A DNA stretch of 53,334 nt from Candidatus Velthaea sp. (GTDB lineage Bacteria > Vulcanimicrobiota > Vulcanimicrobiia > Vulcanimicrobiales > Vulcanimicrobiaceae): the NCBI GenBank assembly GCA_050012475.1, contig JBEKHC010000026.1:1-53334 (forward strand), given 5' to 3'. The notes below the pieces were generated by a model. That model saw only the letters and a program-made list of their open reading frames with translations, ran no database searches and was not told the origin of the DNA. Below are positions 41,386-51,455 of the stretch, in pieces. A program made the translations under genes and the position numbers. Each line of letters starts with the position of its first letter. The first letter of the stretch is position 1.

Positions 41386-43878
41386 ATGCTCGAAGAGCGC
41401 CCCATTACCTACGACTTCCGCACGATCGAACGCGCCTGGCAGGACCGCTGGGAACGCGACGGCATCTATCGCGTCGACGACAACGACCCGCGACCGAAGT
41501 ATTACGTGCTCGAAATGCTGCCCTACCCGTCCGGCGATCTGCACGTCGGTCATGCCAAGAACTACACGCTCGGTGACGCGGTGGCGCGGATGATGCGCAT
41601 GAGCGGCTACAACGTCGTACACCCGATGGGCTGGGACGCGTTCGGACTTCCGGCTGAAAACGCGGCGATCCAGCGCGGCATCGCGCCTGAAACGTGGACG
41701 CGCTCGAACATCGCGAACATGGAACGGCAGATTCGGCTGATGGGGACGGGCTACGACTGGTCGCGCGAGTTTGCCACCTGCGATCCCGAGTACTACCGCT
41801 GGAACCAGTGGTTCTTTTTGCGGATGTACGAAAAGGGCTTGGCCTATAAGCGCGAGGCACCCGTCAACTGGTGCCCCGTCGACCAAACCGTGCTGGCCAA
41901 CGAACAAGTGGTCGAAGGTGTGTGCTGGCGGTGCGGCAGCGTCGTCGAACGGCGCAAACTTTCGCAGTGGTTCCTGAAGATCACCCAGTATGCGGACCGG
42001 CTGCTGGCGGGAATCGAACGGCTCGAGGGCTGGCCGACGCGCATCAAAACGATGCAGCGCAACTGGATCGGCAAGAGCGAAGGCGTCACGTTCTCGTTCG
42101 ATATCGAAGATCTCGCGGCGAAAATCGAAGTCTACACCACGCGCGTCGACACGGTCTACGGCGTGACGTTTCTCGCGCTGGCGGCGGAGCATCCGGCGGT
42201 CGAGCTGATCGTGCAGACATTCCCGGAGCGGCGCGCGCAGATCGAAGCGTTCGCCGCCGATCTGCGCACGAAATCAGAGTTGGAGCGCACGCAGCTGATG
42301 GCCAAAACGGGCATCTTCTCCGGCGCTTACGCGATCAATCCGCTGTCGCGCGAAAAGGTACCGATCTGGATCACCAACTACGTGCTGGCCGATTACGGCA
42401 CGGGCGCGGTGATGGGCGTCCCCGCGCACGACGACCGCGATTTCGACTTCGCTCACGAGCACTCGCTGCCGGTCGCGCAGGTGATCGCCGAGCATGCGGA
42501 TATTCCGGATGCGCCGCTGCACGAAGCCTTCGTCGAAGACGGACGGCTGATCGCTAGCGATGAGTTCTCCGGAATGACGTCGGAGAACGCCCGGCGCGCG
42601 ATCGCGGCCAAACTCGAGCGCATGGGTCGCGGAACCACGACGATCAACTTCCGCTTTCGCGATTGGCTGATCTCCCGCCAGCGGTATTGGGGCACGCCGA
42701 TCCCCATGATCTATTGCCCGGTCGACGGCGAAGTGATGGTGCCCGACGCGCAGCTGCCGGTCATTCTGCCGCCGGAGGTCGAGATTACCGGGCAGGGCTC
42801 GCCGCTCGCGCGCGATCCCAAGTTCGTGAACACGACGTGTCCGAAATGCGGCGGTCCCGCCCAGCGCGATCCGGACACGATGGACACCTTCGTCGACTCA
42901 TCGTGGTACTACGTGCGCTATCTCGATCCGCACAACCCGCAAGCCGCGTTCGACGGAGCGAAAGTTTCGCCGTGGCTGCCGGTCGACCAATACATCGGCG
43001 GCGCCGAGCACGCGGTCATGCACCTGCTCTACGCGCGCTTCTTCTACATGTTCATGGTCGATCAAGGCTATCTGCGCGGCGCGGACGAGCCGTTCACGCG
43101 ATTGTTCAATCAAGGGACGCTGCTGCGCAACGGCGAGAAGATGTCCAAGAGCCGCGGCAACGTGGTCGGGATCGACGAGACGGTCGAAACGCACGGCGTC
43201 GACGCAATGCGGCTCTTCCTGCTCAAAGCTGCGCCGCCCGAAGATTCGCTGGAGTGGACCGACGAGGGCATCGTCGGCCGGGTGCGGTTCATCGCGCGCG
43301 TTTGGCGCGCGTGCGAACCGTTGACCGAAGCCGCCGCGGGGATAGCCGTCGATACCCTGCCCGAGATGCGCGGCGAGGTGCAGCGCGAGCTGGTGCGCGC
43401 GGTGCACACGGCGCTCAAATCGGGCAGCGATGAAACCACGAGCAAACGGTTCCACTACAACACGACGACGGCGCGGCTCGACGAGCTCGTCAATCTGCTC
43501 ACCGCCGCCACACGCGATCCGGCGATGGTCGGCGACCCGGCGGTGCTGTATACCGTTGCAATGCTGCCGATCGTGCTGGCGCCGTTCGCCCCGCACTTGG
43601 CCGACGAACTGTGGGCACGGATGGGCAAGACGACGTCGGTCCACCTCGAACGCTGGGTCGCTGCCGATCCGGCGGCACTCGCCGTTTCAACCATCACGCT
43701 CGTCGTGCAAGTCAACGGCAAGGTGCGCGCCAAAATCGAAACCGCGCCCGACGTCGACGAGGAAGGCGCCTTCGCGCTTGCCGCGCAGCAAGCGCCCGTG
43801 ATGGCTCAACTCACCGGCAAGACGGTGCGCAAGCGCATTTTCGTGCCGCGGAAACTGCTCAACATCGTGGCCAACTAG
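41386..43878 (+). CDS. leuS: leucine--tRNA ligase
   Basis: PYPSGDLHVGH, DWLISRQRYWG, GGAEHAVMHLLY, KMSKS, VVQVNGKVR. Confidence 0.98.
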   Translation: MLEERPITYDFRTIERAWQDRWERDGIYRVDDNDPRPKYYVLEMLPYPSGDLHVGHAKNYTLGDAVARMMRMSGYNVVHPMGWDAFGLPAENAAIQRGIAPETWTRSNIANMERQIRLMGTGYDWSREFATCDPEYYRWNQWFFLRMYEKGLAYKREAPVNWCPVDQTVLANEQVVEGVCWRCGSVVERRKLSQWFLKITQYADRLLAGIERLEGWPTRIKTMQRNWIGKSEGVTFSFDIEDLAAKIEVYTTRVDTVYGVTFLALAAEHPAVELIVQTFPERRAQIEAFAADLRTKSELERTQLMAKTGIFSGAYAINPLSREKVPIWITNYVLADYGTGAVMGVPAHDDRDFDFAHEHSLPVAQVIAEHADIPDAPLHEAFVEDGRLIASDEFSGMTSENARRAIAAKLERMGRGTTTINFRFRDWLISRQRYWGTPIPMIYCPVDGEVMVPDAQLPVILPPEVEITGQGSPLARDPKFVNTTCPKCGGPAQRDPDTMDTFVDSSWYYVRYLDPHNPQAAFDGAKVSPWLPVDQYIGGAEHAVMHLLYARFFYMFMVDQGYLRGADEPFTRLFNQGTLLRNGEKMSKSRGNVVGIDETVETHGVDAMRLFLLKAAPPEDSLEWTDEGIVGRVRFIARVWRACEPLTEAAAGIAVDTLPEMRGEVQRELVRAVHTALKSGSDETTSKRFHYNTTTARLDELVNLLTAATRDPAMVGDPAVLYTVAMLPIVLAPFAPHLADELWARMGKTTSVHLERWVAADPAALAVSTITLVVQVNGKVRAKIETAPDVDEEGAFALAAQQAPVMAQLTGKTVRKRIFVPRKLLNIVAN

Positions 43879-44361
43879 CTCTCCCGATTCCGGCACTCTG
43901 TCCGCTCGGCGGTTTCGAAGAGGGTGATCTGCGGCGCCGCACCCATCGCGACGACGTCGCCGAAGTCGCGGGTCGTCGCCGCCGCGGCGCAGAGCCGGCG
44001 CGCCTGCGCGATCGAATACCGCAGCGTTCGACCCGATCTCTCGATCGGGGGTCTTTCATGAAACGCGATTCTACGGTGCCAATTTGGACGTCCCCGGTTA
44101 TGCCACAATCGTCGACATACCGCGAAGCGTGAGCGGGAGCAGAAGCGTTGGGACGCCGCGCACCACGACAGCCAGTGCGGTGGCCGCAGAGTAATGGCGG
44201 GCTACGCGTGTCGGAGCTCGTGACGTCGCGCTGGCGCAGGCTGGTCGAGGGGTCGCGAAATGTGACCGGCAGGAGCGGCGAAACTCGGCGATCGCGCGAG
44301 GCTCGATTTTACCCTAGATTCCCGCCGGATGCATGCTGCGTCGTATCCAATGCGCACCGGC

Positions 44362-44399
44362 TCATTGTCCGCCCTCGGGGCACCGATAAACATATTATC
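44362..44399 (+). promoter_or_regulatory. candidate sigma28-type promoter with inverted repeat
   Basis: TCATT-N15-ACCGATAA; CGATAA-acata-TTATCG inverted repeat overlapping the -10 element. Confidence 0.45.
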
Positions 44400-44530
44400 G
44401 AAGCACTCGTCCTTTGTAACAGTCAAACATTTTCACGGCAGAGACGGTCAGCGGGTCGACCCGACGCGCGCGGACCAGCCGGGCATACACGCTCGGTTCG
44501 AAGCCATTGGGTTGCAGGAGCTCATGTAAC

Positions 44531-47212
44531 GTGCCTTACGCTCAGCCGCGACAATTAGAGCAGCTTGCCCGGCTCGCCGCCGATGTGCTGGATGTACCGA
44601 TCGCCTTAGTTGTACTCGGCTCGAACGAATCCGGACCTTCAATCGTCGCCGGCAGCGGCTCGAGCAACGAGACGATTGCGACCGCGGCTCGGCGCTGCCG
44701 CGGGCGGCTCGACGAGGCCAAGCTCCGTATCGCACCCGAAGACGCTCCGATCCGGGCCGGAGCAGGCCTCGCGATCGTTAGCAGCGAGAAGGTACGTCTC
44801 GGCACCCTGTCAGTGTTTGATACCCGGCGTCGAGTATTCACGCCGAGCGAGCTGCGCCGGCTAACGGATTTCGGTGACCTCGTCGCCGCCCAGTTGATGC
44901 TGCACGCGAGGTCACTCCAGGTCGAGGCGCAGCTTGCGGCGCTCAATGCAGCATCGCCGAGTGCAATCATCTTCGCGCACCGCGACGGTACCATCGGGAG
45001 CTGGAATGCCGGCGCATCACGACTGCTGGGCTGGCTCCCGGACGAGATGATCGGTAAGGAATACGCGCTCGCACCGCCCGACCGGGTCGAGGAAGTACAG
45101 CGGCTGCGCCGCATCAACCTCGAGCGCGGCGAGATCTTTCATGGTGTCGAGACGAAACGACTGACCCGCGCCGGATTGCTCCTCGACGTCTCGATCAGTG
45201 CCGGGCCGATCCGCGATGCCAACGGCGATATCTCCGGGACCGTCGTCATCATGGACGATCATACCCAGCGAAATCGCCTCCGTGAGGCCGAGCGAAAGCG
45301 CTCGAGAATTCTCGAGCTTGCTGCGAACGACGCGCCGCTCACGCAGATCTTGGCGGGTTTAGTCGAGAGCGTCGAATTCAGCATCGACGACAGCATCTGC
45401 ACGATCCTGCGGTGTAAGGGGAACGCCCTCGAACATGTTGCTTCGGGCCCGGCGCTGCCTCCGATGTGGATCGAGGCGATCAGCCAGGCCCGGATCGGTC
45501 CGTCGGAGGGCTCGTGCGGCACGGCGGCCTACTTCGGAAAAACCATCATCGTCGACGATATTGCGACCGACGCACGCTGGGAAACGCCGCGACCCCTCGC
45601 GCTCCAGCTCGGTTTACAGGCCTGTTGGTCGGCGCCGATCTTCAACGCGCAGGGGATCGTGCACGGCACGCTCGCAGTTTACTCGCATCGGCCGCGCCTT
45701 CCGACGGAAGATCAACTCCGTGTCATGCACGATGCGGCGCGCCTGGCGTCGATTGCGATCGAGGGACAGCGATCCCGGGACCGATTGGAAGATCTGGCGT
45801 TGCGTGATACCCTCACGGGTTTACCGAATCGCGCGGTCTTCGAGGATCGGCTTCGGCACGCAATCGAGGCCGCGAAGCGTACGCGCGAGCGGGTATTCAT
45901 CGGGCTGCTCGACCTCGATCGCTTCAAGCTTATCAACGACACGTTGGGGCACGTCGTCGGAGACCAACTCCTGATTGAAGTCGCGAATCGTTTACGACAA
46001 GCGGCTCGCCCGCAGGACACGATCGCGCGAATGGGCGGCGACGAGTTTTTGTTTCTGTTGACCGGAGTCGAGAATCGCGATACGGCCGAAGGGATCGCCC
46101 GCCGCGTTCTGGCCGAACTCGATCACAGCTTTTCCCCATCTGGGAACGAGCTGTTCGTTCACGCGAGTCTCGGCTTCAGCGTGTACCCCGACGACGCAAC
46201 GGATCCGACGCAGCTGCTGCGGCTTGCCGACCGCGTCATGTACGAGGTCAAAGCGCGTCAAACACGCATCGGCTTTCACGAGCGGGACTCGGGCGAGACT
46301 GCGCTGGCAAAGCTCCCGCTCGAAACTGCTCTGTACCGGGCGTTGGACAAGCACGAATTCGTACTGCACTACGAGCCGCAGATCGGGCGCGGAAATCGGC
46401 TGCAGGGCGCCGAAGCGCACGTACTTTGGAACCATCCCGACCTCGGACTGCTGTCGGGTGAGCATTTCATGGGCGTCGCGGAAGAGGTAGGCCTTTCTGT
46501 GCCGATCGGCGCGTGGGCGCTTAAAGAAGCGTGCCTCTTCGCACGTCGCTGGAAAGCGGCGGGAGGTTCGGGTTGCGTTGCTATCAACGTATCGGCCCGC
46601 CAGTGTCGGAGCCGGCATTTTGTAGCGACCGCAATCGACGCGATAAAGGACGCCGGCATCGTGCCCGCCCAGCTCTCGCTCGAGATCTCGGAAACGATGA
46701 TCGGGCGATCGTTCGACGGCGTCGCGACGGCACTCGTCGAACTTCGTTCCTTCGGCGTCCACACAGCGATCGACGACTTCGGAACCGGCTCTTCGAACTT
46801 GCACAACCTCAAGAACTTGCCGATCGACAGCGTCAAGATCGACCGTTCGTTCCTGGCCGACGTCGACGCCGTCGACGACCGCGCGATCGTCGACGCGATG
46901 GTCGCCTTGGGCAGAGCGTCACACCTCGCGGTTGCCGCCGACGGCATCGAGACCGAAGCGCAGCTGGCGCTGGTTCTCGCCAGCGGCTGCGAGATCGCCC
47001 AAGGTCCGCTCTTCGCTGCGGCAATGCCCGAAGATGCTTTTCTGCGATGGTCGCCAGCGAACAACGCGGCATCGCATCCTGCTTCACTATGGACGGCTTT
47101 CGATGCCGAACGAGAGGCGATCACCCGCTTGAGCAGCGAGCTCGACAAGCAGTCGCGGACAACTTCTGACGATCTGTCGCCCTTATGTGCGCCCGAGACA
47201 AAATCGCCTTAG
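44531..47212 (+). CDS. GAF-PAS-GAF-GGDEF-EAL protein with degenerate EAL domain
   Basis: AGGAG SD then GTG at 44531; MGGDEF intact; EAL motifs read EAHVLW, DDFGTGSSN, ADGIE. Confidence 0.93.
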   Translation: MPYAQPRQLEQLARLAADVLDVPIALVVLGSNESGPSIVAGSGSSNETIATAARRCRGRLDEAKLRIAPEDAPIRAGAGLAIVSSEKVRLGTLSVFDTRRRVFTPSELRRLTDFGDLVAAQLMLHARSLQVEAQLAALNAASPSAIIFAHRDGTIGSWNAGASRLLGWLPDEMIGKEYALAPPDRVEEVQRLRRINLERGEIFHGVETKRLTRAGLLLDVSISAGPIRDANGDISGTVVIMDDHTQRNRLREAERKRSRILELAANDAPLTQILAGLVESVEFSIDDSICTILRCKGNALEHVASGPALPPMWIEAISQARIGPSEGSCGTAAYFGKTIIVDDIATDARWETPRPLALQLGLQACWSAPIFNAQGIVHGTLAVYSHRPRLPTEDQLRVMHDAARLASIAIEGQRSRDRLEDLALRDTLTGLPNRAVFEDRLRHAIEAAKRTRERVFIGLLDLDRFKLINDTLGHVVGDQLLIEVANRLRQAARPQDTIARMGGDEFLFLLTGVENRDTAEGIARRVLAELDHSFSPSGNELFVHASLGFSVYPDDATDPTQLLRLADRVMYEVKARQTRIGFHERDSGETALAKLPLETALYRALDKHEFVLHYEPQIGRGNRLQGAEAHVLWNHPDLGLLSGEHFMGVAEEVGLSVPIGAWALKEACLFARRWKAAGGSGCVAINVSARQCRSRHFVATAIDAIKDAGIVPAQLSLEISETMIGRSFDGVATALVELRSFGVHTAIDDFGTGSSNLHNLKNLPIDSVKIDRSFLADVDAVDDRAIVDAMVALGRASHLAVAADGIETEAQLALVLASGCEIAQGPLFAAAMPEDAFLRWSPANNAASHPASLWTAFDAEREAITRLSSELDKQSRTTSDDLSPLCAPETKSP

Positions 47213-47339
47213 GCGAGAGGCGCGCCTTCGTCGCCTGAGTCACTTAGCGGCGGCCGACCACCCGGGCATTGAGATAGGGAAGCTCTTCGCGCGGACGGCT
47301 GGGCCAAATGCGTGAAACGTGTTGAATGAGTGCCGCCGC

Positions 47340-47686
47340 AGGGATGCCCACCAGCACGGCCCATCAACGTTCCTCTAATCCGAGCCGCTCCTCGTTGAGA
47401 TGGGCGAACCACGGCGCAGCGTTCGACGAACGGTTCGACCGCAGCGGCGTTCACGTCGTGATCGACAAGGGAACGGCGCTCGACACCGACGGCTACGGTG
47501 CATTCGCCGCGCAGCAACGGCGCTCGATGCAAAAGCCGCCGGATTCGATATCCGCGTCTCGCCGATGCATCGGCGGCGGCGAACGGCACGCCGAATGGTG
47601 AAACCTGGGCGCTGCAGACGCTTTGCGATACAGGAGTGGAGAGCGCGGCGAGCACCAAGCTGATCGCGGACGCGCGAGCCGTTTAA
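47340..47686 (+). pseudogene. decayed nicotinamidase (PncA/isochorismatase family) gene
   Basis: Collinear fragments in different frames: RDAHQHGPSTF; HGAAFDERFDRSGVHVVIDKGTALDTDGYGAF; ATALDAKAAGFDIRV; LADASAAAN...ALQTLCDTGVE. Confidence 0.7.
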
Positions 47687-48117
47687 GGTTCGGAGCCGGA
47701 CTCCGTGCGCCCGGCGGCAGCGTCATGCGCATTCTGGGCGTTGACGAGACCCCCGACGTTCGTCTCGATCCACTGCACCAGCCCGTCGACATGCTCGGCG
47801 ACGCCCAAACCCAAGTCCGTTAGCCGGTAGTCGACGTACGGCGGCACGACCGGACGGCTCGTGCGCAGCAATAACCCGTCCCGCTCCAGATCGCGCAGTG
47901 TCTGCGCGAGCATTTTCTCCGAGATGCCGTCGATGCGCACGCGCAGTTCGGAGAAGCGCAAGACGCCCGCCTCGCGGACCGCGGCGAGGACGAGCGATCC
48001 CCAGCGACCGGTGACGTGCGCGAGGATCGCGCGCGAGGGACATCGCCGGCTGAAACAATCACCCGTTCGCACGTTGCCCGCAGCTACTCCAGCAGCCAAG
48101 TTCTTGCTCAAATTCAC
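47683..48117 (-). CDS. HxlR family regulator
   Basis: CPSRAIL..RWGSLV, RFSELR..IDGISEKMLAQTLRDLERDGL, VPPYVDYRLT. Confidence 0.95.
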   Translation of the reverse strand: MNLSKNLAAGVAAGNVRTGDCFSRRCPSRAILAHVTGRWGSLVLAAVREAGVLRFSELRVRIDGISEKMLAQTLRDLERDGLLLRTSRPVVPPYVDYRLTDLGLGVAEHVDGLVQWIETNVGGLVNAQNAHDAAAGRTESGSEP

Positions 48118-48120
48118 CTG

Positions 48121-48155
48121 ACTTACTTTTTGGTAAGTACTTTCCTTTCGTAAGT
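48121..48155. promoter_or_regulatory. tandem inverted-repeat operator between hxlR and the SDR gene
   Basis: ACTTAC-tttttg-GTAAGT followed by the imperfect copy ACTTTC-ctttc-GTAAGT. Confidence 0.7.
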
Positions 48156-48212
48156 TTAGATGCTAATCTTCGCTCCGTCAACGCTCCCCACCTCACCCGA
48201 ATGGAAGAGAAC

Positions 48213-49076
48213 ATGTCCACTCCCCTCACCGCCGTTATTACCGGCACCAGCTCCGGCTTCGGCTACGATACGGCTCGCGCGCTCGCCGCAGCCGGACTTC
48301 AAGTCTACGGCACGATGCGCGACGTCGCCGGGCGGAACGCCGAACCGGCGCGCGCGCTCACCGCCTTGGGCATCACGATCGTCGAACTCGACGTCACCGA
48401 CCAGGCTTCGGTCGACCGGGCAGCCGCGCAGATCCTCTCAGCCGCCGGCCACGTGGACGTGCTGGTGAACAACGCCGGCACCGCCCACTTTGGGACCGCC
48501 GAGGCGTTCACGCCGCAATCGTTCGAGCGTCAATTCGCAACGAACGTCACCGGACCGTTTCGGATAACGCGCGCGTTCTTACCCGGAATGCGCGAGAATC
48601 GCAGCGGGCTCGTGGTGTTTGTGAGTTCGACCGTTGGCCGGCTCGTCATCCCGTTCGCGGGCGTGTACACCGCCTCGAAGTGGGCGCTCGAAGCGCTGGC
48701 CGAATCGCTGTCCTATGAACTTCGGCCGTTCGACGTGGACGTTGCGATCGTCGAGCCCGGTGCCTATGCGACGAACATTCTCAATGCGGTGATCGGGCCC
48801 GACGATGCCGATCGCCTGGCGTCGTACGGTGACGTGGCGAAGACGGTCGACCGGATCGGCGCGGTCCTGGCGTCGCGCTTCGGCAAAGACGGTGAAGTGG
48901 CCGAAGCGATCGCACAACTCGTCGCCGCTCCGGCCGGAACGCGTCCGCTTCGTACGCCGGTGCCCGCGGGTTCGGCGACAACGGCGATGAACGACGCTGC
49001 GGCGCCGATCCAGCGCGCGATGCTCGAAGCTTTCGACCTGGACGCGCTCCTGCCGAAGGTGGCTGCGGTTACCTAA
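48213..49076 (+). CDS. short-chain dehydrogenase/reductase
   Basis: TGTSSGFG, NNAG, YTASK, VEPG. Confidence 0.95.
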   Translation: MSTPLTAVITGTSSGFGYDTARALAAAGLQVYGTMRDVAGRNAEPARALTALGITIVELDVTDQASVDRAAAQILSAAGHVDVLVNNAGTAHFGTAEAFTPQSFERQFATNVTGPFRITRAFLPGMRENRSGLVVFVSSTVGRLVIPFAGVYTASKWALEALAESLSYELRPFDVDVAIVEPGAYATNILNAVIGPDDADRLASYGDVAKTVDRIGAVLASRFGKDGEVAEAIAQLVAAPAGTRPLRTPVPAGSATTAMNDAAAPIQRAMLEAFDLDALLPKVAAVT

Positions 49077-49181
49077 AAAGTCGAACGTCCCCAGCCGCGT
49101 GCGGCAGCGCAATCCAGCTGTTCGATACCCGTCCGTGCGCCGCTGGGGAGCCCGAGCGAAAGATCGACCGCTGCGAACGGC

Positions 49182-50228
49182 CTACGTTTTGACGCGCGTT
49201 TTGGCCGATACCGTCTCACGGTACAGCGCGGAACGGTGCCAGGCCGCAGCATCGCTCATGATCGCCTCGAGCGAACGACGCGGCTTCCAACCTAGGATCT
49301 GCTTGGCCTTTTCGCTGCTGGCGACCAGGACGGCGGGATCGCCGGCGCGCCGAGGGACGACACCGGGCGAAAAGTCGGGGCGATCGAGCGCCTTCCGGGC
49401 CGCGGCGATGATCTCCGTGACCGAATGGCCGGTTCCGCTGCCGAGATTGAAAATATTCGTAGCGCCATCGTTGAGCAGATAGTCGAGCGCAAGCACGTGC
49501 GCATCGATCAAATCCATCACGTGAACGTAATCGCGAATCGCCGTGCCGTCGGGCGTGGGATAGTCGTCACCGTACACCCTGAAGCCGCTGGTCAATCCGA
49601 TTGCTTCGAGTAACGGCGCGCCGGCATCGATCAAGGGCAAAATGAGCCGCGGTATCAAATGCGATTCCGGCGCATGCGCTTCGCCGAGTTTCGCCTCGAC
49701 GGGCCCCGCGCCGGCCACGTTGAAATAGCGTAAGGCGACCGAGCGCATCCCCTCGGCATCGAGCGTACGCAAGCCGTTCTCGGCTTCCAATTTCGATTGA
49801 CCGTACGGGTTGATCGGGTTGGTGGGCGTGGTCTCGGAAATCGGTTCATCCCCGCTGACTTCACCGTATACGGCCGCGGTGCTCGAGAACACGATCTTCT
49901 TGACGCCGCCGGCACTCAGCGTTTTGAAAAAGCGGACGGCTTTGTCGCGATTGTTCTCGAGGTATTTTGCGGGATTCTTCACCGACTCGCCGACCTCGAT
50001 GAAGGCCGCGAAATGCATTGCCGCAAGCGGCTGATGCTTTTCAACGAGGCTGCGCACGAAATCCGTATCGCCGACATCCCCGCGCTCGAAAATACCGAAC
50101 GATGCAGCCCAAGCATTCCCGGTGGAAAGGTTGTCGATGATGACGGGCTGATGTCCTATTTGCTTGAGAACATAAGCGGCGTGGCTGCCGATGTAGCCGG
50201 CGCCACCGGAGACCAGAACAGTTGACAT
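49182..50228 (-). CDS. galE: UDP-glucose 4-epimerase
   Basis: GGAGYIGSH, HFAAFIEVGESV, PYGQSK, LRYFNVAGA, TPDGTAIRDYVHV. Confidence 0.95.
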   Translation of the reverse strand: MSTVLVSGGAGYIGSHAAYVLKQIGHQPVIIDNLSTGNAWAASFGIFERGDVGDTDFVRSLVEKHQPLAAMHFAAFIEVGESVKNPAKYLENNRDKAVRFFKTLSAGGVKKIVFSSTAAVYGEVSGDEPISETTPTNPINPYGQSKLEAENGLRTLDAEGMRSVALRYFNVAGAGPVEAKLGEAHAPESHLIPRLILPLIDAGAPLLEAIGLTSGFRVYGDDYPTPDGTAIRDYVHVMDLIDAHVLALDYLLNDGATNIFNLGSGTGHSVTEIIAAARKALDRPDFSPGVVPRRAGDPAVLVASSEKAKQILGWKPRRSLEAIMSDAAAWHRSALYRETVSAKTRVKT

Positions 50229-50385
50229 GAGCCTGCGTTAGCTTTCCGCGCCGCGATCGCTGCCGGAACCGCTTCCGAGGCCGTGTGCCCGATCCGAGAT
50301 GACCACGCGCATGGCCGCGAGATTCGCCGCCGCACGTGACCGGCCCCGCGCTACGAAGCCGCGGCCGCTCGCCAGAATCGTTGCG

Positions 50386-51321
50386 CTACACGAGCGCGGT
50401 CTGCGTGCGAAAGAAATCGACCGTGGCGAGCATGCCCTCGAGCAGCGACACCTCGGCGTTCCAGCCCAGATCGTGCTTGGCTTTGGCGGGATCGAAATAG
50501 ATCTCGCGTATATCTCCGTCGCGGCGCGGAGCATGCGTAACCGGCGCCGCGAAACCCGTCGCCGTCACCAGCGAACGGTAGACCGCATTGACCGACGTCG
50601 TGCGGCCCGAACCGATGACGTAGATTTCGCCCGAACCTTTGGTGAGCGCCGCAACGTTGGCTCGCACGACGTCGTCGACATAGATGTAATCGCGCGTTTG
50701 CTCGCCGTCCCAATCGATGCGAATCGGGGCACGGCGCAAGAATCGATCGATGAAAATAGCGATGACGCCGGCTTCACCGCTGGGATCCTGACGCGGACCG
50801 AACACGTTTCCGTAGCGCAGCACGGTGTAGTCGAGACCGTGCTGCAGCTTGTAAAAGCGCAGATAGTGCTCGACGATCATCTTGGTGATTCCGTACGGTG
50901 AGATCGGGATCTGGATCGACCTTTCGTCGACCGGCAGCCCAGCGACATTGCCGTACGTTGCGGCACTCGATGCAAAGACGATTTTGCGGGCACCGGCTTT
51001 CACGCCGGCTTCGAGGACGTTGAGCGTTCCCATGACGTTGACGTCGGCATCGTACTTCGGATCCAACGCGGCGATCGCGACGCTGTGCTGCGCGGCTTCA
51101 TGGAAAATAATCTCGGGACGAAAGCGCTCGAAAACGTTCGCGACCCGGGCATCGCGAATATCCATTTCGACAAGCTCGGCCGCGCTTGGGACGTTCCCGC
51201 GCCGGCCGCCGCCATGCGTCCAGAGATTGTCGAGCGCGAGCACGTCGTGGCCGAGAGCGACGAGTGCATCGACGAGATTCGAACCGATAAAGCCTGCTCC
51301 ACCGGTAACGACAATACGCAT
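50386..51321 (-). CDS. NAD-dependent nucleotide-sugar epimerase/dehydratase
   Basis: TGGAGFIGS, SPYGITK, RYGNVFGPRQDP, GEQTRDYIYV. Confidence 0.93.
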   Translation of the reverse strand: MRIVVTGGAGFIGSNLVDALVALGHDVLALDNLWTHGGGRRGNVPSAAELVEMDIRDARVANVFERFRPEIIFHEAAQHSVAIAALDPKYDADVNVMGTLNVLEAGVKAGARKIVFASSAATYGNVAGLPVDERSIQIPISPYGITKMIVEHYLRFYKLQHGLDYTVLRYGNVFGPRQDPSGEAGVIAIFIDRFLRRAPIRIDWDGEQTRDYIYVDDVVRANVAALTKGSGEIYVIGSGRTTSVNAVYRSLVTATGFAAPVTHAPRRDGDIREIYFDPAKAKHDLGWNAEVSLLEGMLATVDFFRTQTALV

Positions 51322-51455
51322 CACTGCACGTACTTAGCTACGACGATAAGCCGCCCTCGGGACCGGCGACCTAATGGCATTGGTGCTTTGCCGTCAGTCC
51401 ATCACGCGTCCACCATGGGCTTGCCGGTTAGCGAACGTGCGTGATTGAGGCACCG

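Noticed and set aside
43875..44108. 77-aa minus-strand ORF after leuS
   Set aside because: No recognisable motif or SD; may be a remnant but cannot be supported.
44524..44529. ATG-TAA start-stop minigene
   Set aside because: Only 3 nt from the AGGAG SD; the spacing fits the GTG at 44531 better.
44148..44530. c-di-GMP riboswitch upstream of the second GGDEF gene
   Set aside because: I could not find the class I or class II conserved elements by eye; an Infernal/Rfam scan would be needed to exclude it.
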